NCBI GenBank assembly: GCA_965205675.1
Contig: OZ242186.1
Coordinates: 288,001-352,000, forward strand
Length of the DNA: 64,000 nucleotides
Origin: Nitrosopumilus sp.
GTDB taxonomy: Archaea; Thermoproteota; Nitrososphaeria; Nitrososphaerales; Nitrosopumilaceae
Direction: 5' to 3'
The translations under genes were made by a program, and so were the position numbers. How positions within the stretch are numbered: position 1 is the first letter of the stretch; each line of letters starts with the position of its first letter. The notes under the pieces are model-generated. The model was not told where the DNA came from. It saw only the letters and a list, made by a program, of their open reading frames with translations, and searched no databases. Positions 29,455-39,368 of this stretch are shown piece after piece.

Positions 29455-30648
29455 CTACGCATGGGGGACTACAGTAATTGGACTAATTTTATCCATCTGC
29501 TCTATGACTGTCTCTCCAATGATTTTACCTATTCTGGTGCCTTCCTCATTATCCTGTCTATAATGCACTCCAACATCTAATCTGGATTTTGAAATCTCCT
29601 CTGCCAAATTTGTCAGATATTCCTCATAGTCTGGATACATATCAGACAAAACTACAGATGCTGTAGCTGCAATACCTGCATGTCCTGATGGATATGCGGG
29701 AAAGTTTGGAGATTGAATCACTTGATCAATATCAGAAATTCGTTTTTCAGGCCTTTCAGTCCAGTACGTATACTTGCTATTCCAGATGGCCACTGCAGAG
29801 TCATACATTGCAGCATTGGTGTAGGCATAAGTAAATGCAGTTTGATGCACATCAGAATTCTCAGCAATCACTATTGGTGCAATGATCTCATTTAGGATAA
29901 ACCCTACATCCTCTCCATAGTATCTGCCCTTATCTGCATCTGTGGCAGTTCTAGAATTTGACACATCATAAACTTCTTGGACTTGGGCCAAATCTTCAGA
30001 TGAATTACATTCGTGTGGAGATCTGGCCAAATAATCATCTACATTAGTAATAAAAAATGTCTGCCATTCGCCAGCATGTGGCGTAGCAGGATTTATGCCA
30101 GTCCATTTGCATGGGCCTACAGGAATTGAACCAGTATATGACAAGTCCAGATCATCGTTTTGTACTACTTTGAGGAACTGCGTTGCAGATTCTTTGCCAA
30201 TCATAGCTCCTTTCATTATTTCTGTGCTATCATGTCTTGAAATTTTTGAAATTTGTTTGTCATAAAAGAGAGCAATTCGATTTTCATGTTGTGGAAATAA
30301 CACAGTCAAAACTTTAGATGCAGCACCTGAAACTATTGCATCATTAGAGATATTGTTGTTATTCTTTGCATCCAACAATGCGTTGTAAATTGCAATATGT
30401 GTTATCGTATAAACATACTTTGTTTTTGTAGGAGAATATGTGTGGCCAAAAAATAACAACATGTCGTTTTCAATTATTAACTTGGTGAATTTATTCCAAT
30501 TTACAACTGAATTGTTATCGTCAGCAATGTGTGGAAAATAAGCAAAAGCATCATAATTGCTCAAAATGGATGTTCCCAGAATTGCCACAAACAAAATGCC
30601 AAGTATTTTCTTGTTTGCATTGGATGATATAATGAAGTTGTGGGACAT
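29455..30648 (-). CDS. Secreted vanadium-dependent haloperoxidase/PAP2-family protein
   Basis: Signal peptide; K-x6-RP (KYTYWTERP), PAYPSGHA and SR-x5-H-x3-D (SRLDVGVHYRQD) all intact. Confidence 0.85.
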   Translation of the reverse strand: MSHNFIISSNANKKILGILFVAILGTSILSNYDAFAYFPHIADDNNSVVNWNKFTKLIIENDMLLFFGHTYSPTKTKYVYTITHIAIYNALLDAKNNNNISNDAIVSGAASKVLTVLFPQHENRIALFYDKQISKISRHDSTEIMKGAMIGKESATQFLKVVQNDDLDLSYTGSIPVGPCKWTGINPATPHAGEWQTFFITNVDDYLARSPHECNSSEDLAQVQEVYDVSNSRTATDADKGRYYGEDVGFILNEIIAPIVIAENSDVHQTAFTYAYTNAAMYDSAVAIWNSKYTYWTERPEKRISDIDQVIQSPNFPAYPSGHAGIAATASVVLSDMYPDYEEYLTNLAEEISKSRLDVGVHYRQDNEEGTRIGKIIGETVIEQMDKISPITVVPHA

Positions 30649-30666
30649 GATGTGATTTTTATTTAA

Positions 30667-31179
30667 TTATTTCAAGAATTCATATATTTCATAAATTGCA
30701 AACTCTGCTGGTATTTGTTCATGCTGTGCATAAAATACAATGTCTGTGATATCTTTGATTGTTTTTTGCTCCAAATTAGACTTATCTAAAGTAGACAAAT
30801 AACTATCTAATTGTATAACTATATCCATTATGTGGCCTGAAGAATAATTAGTTTGATCAAGAATTATTTGGATTTCTGATTTTATTGTTTCATCCAAAGA
30901 AACATACTCATTCATCATCATAGCCTTATCCATCATTTCCTTGTCTTGTTTTACCATCATTTCCTTGTCTTGCTCCATTTTCAAATGTTCTAATTTTTTA
31001 GATTGTGGTGGCTCTATCTCAGAACATAACTTGTCGCCACAAATACCACTTGATGAGCCATATGACTTGGATGGGTTACCTTTACTTTTTAAGGCATCAA
31101 CATCATCGATAAACCCCATTCCGATTATGCTGATAAATAGCAATACGCCAAATCCCAAAATCGTCAGTTTCGAGTTCAA
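30667..31179 (-). CDS. Secreted protein with CGDKLC motif and Met-rich repeat
   Basis: Signal peptide, GICGDKLCSE, KMEQDKEMMVKQDKEMMDKAMMM. Confidence 0.75.
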   Translation of the reverse strand: MNSKLTILGFGVLLFISIIGMGFIDDVDALKSKGNPSKSYGSSSGICGDKLCSEIEPPQSKKLEHLKMEQDKEMMVKQDKEMMDKAMMMNEYVSLDETIKSEIQIILDQTNYSSGHIMDIVIQLDSYLSTLDKSNLEQKTIKDITDIVFYAQHEQIPAEFAIYEIYEFLK

Positions 31180-31344
31180 TATTTTTCAATCCACATAGTT
31201 TGATTTAAAAGATCTTATCAAAACATTATCAATGTAATTCTAATCACATCCTAGTTAAAGAATAAAATAAAGCGATAAATCCCAAGCAAAAATCCCGTAT
31301 AACTTAGCATAAAGTTTTATAGTACTAAATTGTTAGATTGGTAA

Positions 31345-32553
31345 TTGATTATTAAAAACAATATCATAAAGATTACAAGTTTATCGTTGGCAATAACCAT
31401 GCTGGCAGTTTTTAGCAGTCCTGTTGCATTTTCAGAATCTAACACTGGTGCAGATGATGATGTAGCTCCTGCACCACCATCAATTGGCGCAGATATCCCA
31501 TTAACATATTTTGGACCTGCCCCCTCTGATGTGCAAAAAGAGCTCATTGGACCGTATCAATTGTTAAAGTCCGGCGTCATTGATCTTGATGAAGGATCCA
31601 TTACATTACCACTATATCAGGGACAAACAAAGATTGGACCCAGTTTACAAGAAACAGTTTGGTATGTGTTAACCGATACAACAGACAAAGGCAACGCAGA
31701 AGCACTTGGAATTAATCATTCACCAAAACTAACTTACTCTGAAATTTCAAATGCTGTAAGATATGCAAAGATAGAATCAGACGCTACTCTTACTTTCACC
31801 AGAGGTCTAGTTGATTTTAGTCCAGAAAGAGGCCTAACTCCAGGTGAGTTGCCAAATGCATTTCCCCCAAGAGAATTTCAGCCCGGATCTGTTGGTGATG
31901 AACATTATTCTCCACTTGTGTTGATAACCAATGCCGGCAGACATGTGTATAATGCGCCAATGATGGCAGTGGGTTTAGCGAGTGACATCTCAGCATGTGA
32001 TGGAAATCCAGATTATACCAAAGTACATGATAAAGTATTAAGAATTTGCCCTGAAGAGGGAACTGTAACATTATCGCTAACTCCGGGATTTAGTTTTGCT
32101 CGTCCTGTTTTATATCTGAGTACCGAATCAAACCATCCGTTGGCATCTACACTTGAGGGAGCTACATTCACACCTGCACTTCAATCAATTACAGTAGGAC
32201 GCGATGACTCTGCATTTTCAGCAGTAGAGAGAATATTTGTTATTGGGAATGGTCCTACAGGAAAAGAAAATCCACAAAGACAGGGACTTAATAGTGCAAT
32301 CATTGATGGTAGATCCCCACTAAACGTACTTGGTGGAATTCCAACTATTGCAACTGACTATTCTCCACTATGGGATGTCAATCTAGGATTCTGGACACAA
32401 GAGGCTAAAGACAATGGATACGATGCCAGAGTATCTGAAGAGTTTCAAATTTTAGGTCTAGTGGATCAAGGATGGATTACTGGTCCTGATGGTGCACCCT
32501 TTGGGAGTACAGGAATAATTGTGAACTGTCCAATTGCATTTAGATTCTTGTAA
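31345..32553 (+). CDS. Secreted hypothetical protein (repeated YSPL motif, terminal NCP)
   Basis: 402-aa ORF with signal peptide; higher GC than its surroundings. Confidence 0.85.
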   Translation: MIIKNNIIKITSLSLAITMLAVFSSPVAFSESNTGADDDVAPAPPSIGADIPLTYFGPAPSDVQKELIGPYQLLKSGVIDLDEGSITLPLYQGQTKIGPSLQETVWYVLTDTTDKGNAEALGINHSPKLTYSEISNAVRYAKIESDATLTFTRGLVDFSPERGLTPGELPNAFPPREFQPGSVGDEHYSPLVLITNAGRHVYNAPMMAVGLASDISACDGNPDYTKVHDKVLRICPEEGTVTLSLTPGFSFARPVLYLSTESNHPLASTLEGATFTPALQSITVGRDDSAFSAVERIFVIGNGPTGKENPQRQGLNSAIIDGRSPLNVLGGIPTIATDYSPLWDVNLGFWTQEAKDNGYDARVSEEFQILGLVDQGWITGPDGAPFGSTGIIVNCPIAFRFL

Positions 32554-32559
32554 CTGTTT

Positions 32560-32800
32560 TTCTGTAATTAGCAAAAGGTAATACATACTCCTTTTGAACA
32601 GGTTTTACAAGCATTTTTACCAACATTTCAAAGATATTTTCATCTCTGTTGTTGAATCGAAACTCTATCTCTTTGAGACACAGATGAAAATACTGTTTGG
32701 GAACTTTCATCCGTAATGACACATTCAAGTCTTGGCATAAACCCCAAAATCCTTCTATTCTATTAATGTGAGCATCGCCTTTGACATACTTTTATCCATT
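32560..32800 (-). pseudogene. IS1595-family transposase C-terminal remnant
   Basis: HINRIEGFWG and FHLCLKEIEFRFNNR motifs. Confidence 0.75.
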
Positions 32801-32816
32801 ACATGTTTAGTTTCTC

Positions 32817-34151
32817 TTGCATATTCCAAACATCAATATCTCACTTTGGCTTCTTACTACGTTTTCCTTGGATATTGCCAAAACTTTTAATCTGTCAATA
32901 TACGTGGTAAGATTAGTGAAAAAATCTCTTTCTATACTGTTGGTTGTTTTATTTGGTGTTGTAGCATCAGCTATCTCATTGAGCATTTTCTTTGATGAAT
33001 CCTCGCAAGAAGATCCAACTGCTCTCTTAGATGAAATGACCATCGGATTAATACTCCCACTAACAGGGGATTTGTCCACTCATGGCGAAGAAAGCAAAGT
33101 TGCAGCAAAACTAGCTGTATCTAATTTTAACAAATATTTGCAAGAAGTTGATAAACCATGGAGACTCAAAGTAATGTTAGAAGACACTGCTACCAATCCT
33201 GTCACATCACTGGATAAGCTGACTTCTCTTCATGCTCAGGGGGTTGACCTAGTGGTTGGTCCCCAGTCCTCTGCTGAGCTTCGATTAATGAAGGGGTATG
33301 CTGATTCTAACGGGATGATCCTGATTAGTCCCTCATCCACATCTCCATCACTTGCAATTTCTGATGATAATATCTTTAGACTCATTCCAGATGACACAAA
33401 GCAGGGACCTGCACTTGCAAAACTAGTTGAACATTCCTCAGTTAAAGTTCTAGTTCCAGTATGGCGTGCTGATACATGGGGTGACGGCTTGCATGATGCT
33501 ATCACTGATTCTTTTGTTAAACGTGGTGGAATCGTAGATGATGGCATTAGATATAATCCAGAGTCGCCAGAATTCTCAGCATCCACTTCTTTGCTGGCAG
33601 AAAAAGTTCAAAAATATGTTGATGAGTATGGGGAGGACAACGTAGGTGTTATAATAATTAGTTTTGCCGAGATCTTGCAGTTTATCCAGTCCGCATCCAA
33701 TCATGATGTGTTAGATGATGTAAGATGGTTTGGTTCAGATGGGAACACAAAGGAAGAAAGATTGATTGCAGATCCCATAGGATTAAAATTCGCAAATGAC
33801 GTATCATTTACAACTACTCAAGTGGCAACAAATGAGAACGAAATCCACAAGGCAGTATCTGACTATGTTTTAGAGGATCTTGGACGTACACCAAATTCTT
33901 ATGCATACTCATCATATGATGCAGTATATGTTGCAGGATTGTCTATTCTCCAGTCCCAAAACACAGGTAATACCATTAAAGATACAATTCCTAATGTTGC
34001 TGCAAACTATTCTGGTGCAATCGGATCTGCAAAACTAAATGAGGCAGGAGATCTGGATCAGGCAGACTATGATATATGGGGAATTATGGGAGAAGAATGG
34101 ATATTACTTGGGAAATATACTCAAAGCGATGATTCCATAACGCTTGGTTGA
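32817..34151 (+). CDS. LivJ-like (type 1 periplasmic-binding fold) ABC substrate-binding protein, paralog 1
   Basis: IGLILPLTGDLS, VVGPQSS, ISPSSTSPSL, IFRLIPDD, YSSYDAV; true start probably GTG near 32905-32916. Confidence 0.9.
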   Translation: MHIPNINISLWLLTTFSLDIAKTFNLSIYVVRLVKKSLSILLVVLFGVVASAISLSIFFDESSQEDPTALLDEMTIGLILPLTGDLSTHGEESKVAAKLAVSNFNKYLQEVDKPWRLKVMLEDTATNPVTSLDKLTSLHAQGVDLVVGPQSSAELRLMKGYADSNGMILISPSSTSPSLAISDDNIFRLIPDDTKQGPALAKLVEHSSVKVLVPVWRADTWGDGLHDAITDSFVKRGGIVDDGIRYNPESPEFSASTSLLAEKVQKYVDEYGEDNVGVIIISFAEILQFIQSASNHDVLDDVRWFGSDGNTKEERLIADPIGLKFANDVSFTTTQVATNENEIHKAVSDYVLEDLGRTPNSYAYSSYDAVYVAGLSILQSQNTGNTIKDTIPNVAANYSGAIGSAKLNEAGDLDQADYDIWGIMGEEWILLGKYTQSDDSITLG

Positions 34152-34411
34152 TCTTCAGATAATTTGTCTTTATGACAAACAGGTTTTTCTGATAAAATGA
34201 TTGAGAATACAAGGAAAATACACTTGTATGATATTTTATAAATAAATTTTACAAATGTGAGATAATATTCTTGGTGTTATAAAGAATGACTGAACAATCC
34301 ATCTGAGCAGCTGAATTTGGTGTGTTGACATTGGTTCTTTGATTCGTGTGTTATATGACAATTAAAAAATCAGGCAAAGATTAAAGAATAAAAATTCTGT
34401 AATGTATCACA

Positions 34412-35239
34412 ATGGATATCTCATCGACTTCTGCATTGGTTCTCTTATGGGCAGATGGTGCAGTACACTCAAGTCATATTGCCAAAAAATTCCTCCATGC
34501 ATTAGATCTGCAATCAGGTAAAGACCTCTTGGAGAAATGCAACAGATTTTGGCCATACTATTCTATGGTAATCCAAAGCAGAAAGTCATGCATTGCTAAG
34601 CTGGCAAAAAATGCTGTTCTGCAAAATAAAATTAAACAGATAATAATTCTTGGCGCAGGATATGATGCGCTATCCCTGGAGATATGTTCATGGTCTAAAT
34701 CATGCAAAGTCTTCGAGATTGATGTTGCAAACATGGAAACAAAAAATGCCTTGATTCGTTCCGTGAATTCGTCTCTTACTGATCAAATCAAATGTATTAC
34801 ACTTGATATCAGCAAGCCAGATCAAATAACAAAAAGTCTTGACAAACACGGGTGGAACAAAGAGATGCCATCTTTGATTGTTATTGAAGGGTTATCCTAC
34901 TATACATCAAAAAGCAATCTCTATGATATTGTTGATAAATTTAAGACAACAAACCAGAGCAACCACATTATTTTAGAATATCTGTTATACAATGATTTCA
35001 TTCCAAAGAAATGGCAGGCAATATCGCAATACCCGTTTAACTTAATTGCCAAATATTGCAATCTTGACTGTATTACAAGATATCATATATGTGAGATTGC
35101 CACACGCCTAAAAGAAATGGGAGGTACAATCTCACAGCATTACACTTCAAGTGAAATGGCAAAAAATCAAACTTTGCAAAACAGTATTTTTGGGTCTGGG
35201 AATGCCGGATGGATTGAGATCTGCAAAATCATAATCTAG
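34412..35239 (+). CDS. Class I SAM methyltransferase (leucine carboxyl methyltransferase-like)
   Basis: QIIILGAGYD, FEID, IEGLSYY. Confidence 0.85.
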   Translation: MDISSTSALVLLWADGAVHSSHIAKKFLHALDLQSGKDLLEKCNRFWPYYSMVIQSRKSCIAKLAKNAVLQNKIKQIIILGAGYDALSLEICSWSKSCKVFEIDVANMETKNALIRSVNSSLTDQIKCITLDISKPDQITKSLDKHGWNKEMPSLIVIEGLSYYTSKSNLYDIVDKFKTTNQSNHIILEYLLYNDFIPKKWQAISQYPFNLIAKYCNLDCITRYHICEIATRLKEMGGTISQHYTSSEMAKNQTLQNSIFGSGNAGWIEICKIII

Positions 35240-35381
35240 CATTTCACAGATAATCTGTATGGCATGGATTTTTTGCATTAAATTTACCTTTTAATTGTAT
35301 TACTTTGTCTACAAATTCTATTATTAGATCAAAATGATTGTCAATTATTCACCACCAAGACATAATCAAGCAATAATGAGA

Positions 35382-35521
35382 AGACCTCTTGCGTAATTAT
35401 AGAGATTTTTTCTCAAATTTTGTATTTTAACAGAATTCATACCTGAAAATTCAAATTTCTCAACCAATTTGAAAAATCCTGTAGCAAAATTCACGCCTAG
35501 AAATAATTACGCAAGACGTCT
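35382..35521. mobile_element. 140-bp MITE with ISL2-like ends, copy 1
   Basis: AGACCTCTTGCGTAATTA...TAATTACGCAAGACGTCT; second copy at 55992-56133. Confidence 0.88.
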
Positions 35522-35522
35522 A

Positions 35523-35892
35523 CTGCATCAATTTAGCAACAAGAAAAATCTGAGACTAATTACTCCAATAAAACAACCCGCATACGCCACCAGAGAGAAT
35601 AAAACTCGTAGAGTTTTACAATTCTGTAATTGGTCAAGAGCTGTATGCATATAGAAAAGTCTCAATTGAACCTCTATTTGAGTATCTCAAAGATATTTTT
35701 GACATCAGAGTATTGTCTGTAAAGGGATTGCACAATGTCAAATCATTTGTGTTGGTTTGTGTTCTTGTGTATCAGTTGACAGTTTACTACAACTGTGCAA
35801 TTGGTGCAGAAAATCCAAGAATTGTAAAGAGAATGCTTTGCTGTTAGGAAATCACTGAGAATTATTTTTGTAAATAGTTATGTCCAAGTCTC
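35523..35892 (+). pseudogene. 3' fragment of the same IS family as 10141-14549
   Basis: RKVSIEPLF...NPRIVKRMLCC and right TIR TTATGTCCAAGTCTC. Confidence 0.85.
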
Positions 35893-36039
35893 AATAAATT
35901 GTGTTTTTTTGAAACTCTTTACACAAGAATTCTAGTGTTATTGATTTGTTACAGATTATTTTAGATAACTCAATTAGATTGATTATTTTTCTCAATAATT
36001 ATCTAAAATTAGTTGGTGGTAGTAGGTTTACAATTACTG

Positions 36040-36319
36040 ATCAAAAGACGATCTTGTAAACCTATCATAACCTAGTGGGATTCACAGAAAGGAAATGAAG
36101 AGAAACTTTCCAGTTGAATTGTATTACCATCGAAATAAATTTGAAACAATATTTTTTGTAACAAAGCAGATAATGTCAGGAGATATTTCATCAAGAAATA
36201 AAACTACACAAGACAATGAAATGTTGTTGAGATTAATTGCATGCACTGCTTCTAGAATTAGAAAATTAGAATGTGTTTTTTTGATATGGTTTTTACAAAG
36301 TCCGCCAGAAATTCTTTGA
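36040..36319 (+). pseudogene. IS5-family transposase C-terminal remnant
   Basis: YYHRNKFETIF...ISSR...QDNE resembles the Y-R-E-K region of IS5 transposases. Confidence 0.55.
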
Positions 36320-36375
36320 GCATATGTTTTGGTATTTCGATATTGATATTTATCACCATGTCGGACATATTGTGA

Positions 36376-36591
36376 TTAGATTCTCTTTACAATTTGAATT
36401 GTTTGCAACTGTCTTCTGTTTTTGGTGTTACGTGGTCTAGTTCTTAGTACAAAATTACAACAAGGACAATGCTTGCCATCCCACCAAATAAAAATATCAC
36501 ATACTGAACACATCTTTTGTCCCTGTATGTATCGATTAATTCCATGAACTCTTTTTGCTTTATGTTGAGTACAGGTTCCTTTGCATACCAT
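36376..36591 (-). CDS. Small Cys-rich zinc-finger protein
   Basis: CKGTC, CSVC, CPCC, LRTRPR. Confidence 0.75.
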   Translation of the reverse strand: MVCKGTCTQHKAKRVHGINRYIQGQKMCSVCDIFIWWDGKHCPCCNFVLRTRPRNTKNRRQLQTIQIVKRI

Positions 36592-36940
36592 AATGGAATT
36601 ATACTAAAAAATACGATTTATGAATCTTAGAAAATTATTCTATTTGATCAGAATAACCCAAAACCCCTCTTGGCGTAATGATGATCAACAAATCAAATGT
36701 AACGCTAGATTTCAAAATGATATCAAAATGACAAGACACGCTTGTAGCAGTTGATGTGTTCACCCGCGATCTCTGTGAACGCTCTTTTTGATAGTTTGAG
36801 GGTTTGATTGATTGATGATTAAATAATTAGGAAACAAAGTTTCTTTACTCTATTAAGGGACGAATTGATTTTGGGATATACAACAACAAAGTTTCTTTAC
36901 CGAAAATTATTTATATTCAAACGGGTTTGGGTTTGTAGCA

Positions 36941-39136
36941 TTGAAACCTCAAATTGTACTGTCCTCCGTTTTACTCTTTTCTGTACTTGCACTTGCCATT
37001 CCCAGTCATGATGTATATGGGCAGGTAACATCTATTGATTTGGCTATTCTCAATGTATTTTATGATCCTGGTTCAAAGGACTTGATAATAGTTTTTAATG
37101 AGGGAATTGACCCTGCCAGTGTAGTTCTCAACGGATTCTTCTTCCCGGCATCTGCACTTCCAGAGGGTGGTAACACAGGCGTGAGTAATCTAAGGAACTC
37201 GTCTCATGATACTAGTGGTAATACGATTACCGTATCCCTCACATCTGAGTTATCTAATAGATTAGATAGGGCCATCAGCGATTCACGTATCACTACACCC
37301 CTGTTACGTAATAATGCTGACGCCGCATGTGCTACTGCTGAACGGGGAGGGGAATGCCTTCCAGTTAGTGGGTTTACTGGTGTTCCATTGACTGTTTTAC
37401 AGCCAAATACTGTACCTCCACCTGTCATAGATTCTTATATTGATTTAGACCGAACAGATCGTATTCTGACTGTTTCAGGTAATGGACTAACAGGCCATTC
37501 CATTGAGCTGTTTGACCGTGGCACGTCTGTTGGTGATACCACCGTAGACGGTAATGGCTTTTGGGAGATATCTGTGCCAATAGGAACCTCACCTATTTTT
37601 GTTACTCACACATTTACTGCAACTGCCACCAATTCAGGTGTTACATCTGCACTCTCTAATCAAGCAAGTATAGGCGTAGATGGTTTGCAGTTATCTGCTA
37701 CTAGTGTATTATACAATCATATTGTTGATGATGATGGTGAAGATCTTAGCGGGGAACTGATAGTTACTTTTAATGATGATATTGTCCCTGATACTGTAAA
37801 TCTCTCCAACTTCCAGATAATTGATTTTCTAAGAACCACAGCCCCGTTCGAGTTGCGTCTAATAGGAACAGATGATACCCCGCCATTTGCATCTACTTTT
37901 GTTGTTGATGGTAATACAATTACCATAACCCTCGTAGACAGAACTCTGTGGAGTAGAATAAATGTTTCTTTCACGGGAAATGATATTAGTAATAATGAAC
38001 CATACGACCCACCTATGTTAAGACTTCATGCTGGTGCCGTAGGGTCTGCGTTAAGTTCTTCCAACTTGGAAGGTGATCTTACAATTACTATTCCTCCTGA
38101 TACAGAACAACCTCCTAGAGGAAGCTCCAGCAATGACTGGCAAAAGAAACCTACCTTTGGAAAGTCATGGGGCTCATCTAGTGTACAGCAAGTACAGGAT
38201 GGTTTTACATTCAATGGATATATTCTAGATATAACTGACAACTGGCATACGGACTTTGTACTAACTGAATCAATAATTGGCGATACCAACCATGTTGATA
38301 TCAAGGTGTACACAAACGAGATACTGCAATATGTGGCTTTATCTTTGGGAGTGCCACAAGTTGGTGATGCCACCAATGCCGAAACTGACATTATTGTAAA
38401 TCTGCAAAGAGATTACAACGTGGAGCAGAATAGTGACAGTGATTATACAATTACTGAGATACTCCATGAACAGACAGAGCCTCTAGTCGATGAGGATCTC
38501 ACCCAAGCTACAATATCCCAGGTAAAATGTACTGATTCATCTGCTGATGAGCGTTGTTATACCATCGGAATAGACTTTACAATATCTGCCCCTCTAAGTT
38601 CAAATGTTCTTGCAATCTCTGCTGTTGATAATGAGAGACGCAGTACCATCACATACATCAACGACGGTGTTGCCTTTACTGGAGATTCCTTGCTAGAGCC
38701 TGTCCGACACGAGTTGTTTGTAAAAGAGTCATCTCAGAAAAAGGGCACAATGTTGGAACTAGTCCAGCTGGATAGAAGATATGCCTTATACGAGGACCAG
38801 TTTGGAAATCAATGGACTCATAATAGTTTTATGACCTGGAATAAGATAACGCCAGAGGACTTTGAGCGATTCGAGGATGCTCCTACATCACACATGACCC
38901 GAATGCATTCTGCATGGAATGGCATTGTAGAGTATGAGACAAATCGAGCTGCTGACATATTTGATAGCAGTGAGATTCAGGGCACACTTGATGATCCATA
39001 CACTATTGCTGACTATACAATAACACGTGATGACCGCATAGGTGAGGATACATTAACATCCCTTAAACACTCTGAAATCAAAGCCTTGGAGCTCTTGTCC
39101 TCAGACGTACAGTATTATCACTCTGCTAAACCCTAA
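36941..39136 (+). CDS. Large secreted/surface protein with Ig-like repeats
   Basis: Signal peptide; two V-x-Y...L-x-x-x-F-N modules; Big-like domain (VDGNGFW...HTFTATAT); PTFG C-terminal domain; elevated GC. Confidence 0.85.
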   Translation: MKPQIVLSSVLLFSVLALAIPSHDVYGQVTSIDLAILNVFYDPGSKDLIIVFNEGIDPASVVLNGFFFPASALPEGGNTGVSNLRNSSHDTSGNTITVSLTSELSNRLDRAISDSRITTPLLRNNADAACATAERGGECLPVSGFTGVPLTVLQPNTVPPPVIDSYIDLDRTDRILTVSGNGLTGHSIELFDRGTSVGDTTVDGNGFWEISVPIGTSPIFVTHTFTATATNSGVTSALSNQASIGVDGLQLSATSVLYNHIVDDDGEDLSGELIVTFNDDIVPDTVNLSNFQIIDFLRTTAPFELRLIGTDDTPPFASTFVVDGNTITITLVDRTLWSRINVSFTGNDISNNEPYDPPMLRLHAGAVGSALSSSNLEGDLTITIPPDTEQPPRGSSSNDWQKKPTFGKSWGSSSVQQVQDGFTFNGYILDITDNWHTDFVLTESIIGDTNHVDIKVYTNEILQYVALSLGVPQVGDATNAETDIIVNLQRDYNVEQNSDSDYTITEILHEQTEPLVDEDLTQATISQVKCTDSSADERCYTIGIDFTISAPLSSNVLAISAVDNERRSTITYINDGVAFTGDSLLEPVRHELFVKESSQKKGTMLELVQLDRRYALYEDQFGNQWTHNSFMTWNKITPEDFERFEDAPTSHMTRMHSAWNGIVEYETNRAADIFDSSEIQGTLDDPYTIADYTITRDDRIGEDTLTSLKHSEIKALELLSSDVQYYHSAKP

Positions 39137-39368
39137 TAATCTTATTTCGTGTTAAAATCCTCATTCTCAGAAAATGTTTTTTTTCTTATACAACCGTGAT
39201 TCCTGAAAGATAATTTTTCAAATTAATTTAAGGATTTGAATTTTTAGGCATGGTTTTTGCTAAAACGTAGAATTCTATAAATCCCTCCAATTACACAATA
39301 GGTCTTATGATTATCTCTCTCTTTGATAATTCAAAGATTTAATTATCACACGTTTTTATAAAATTTCG

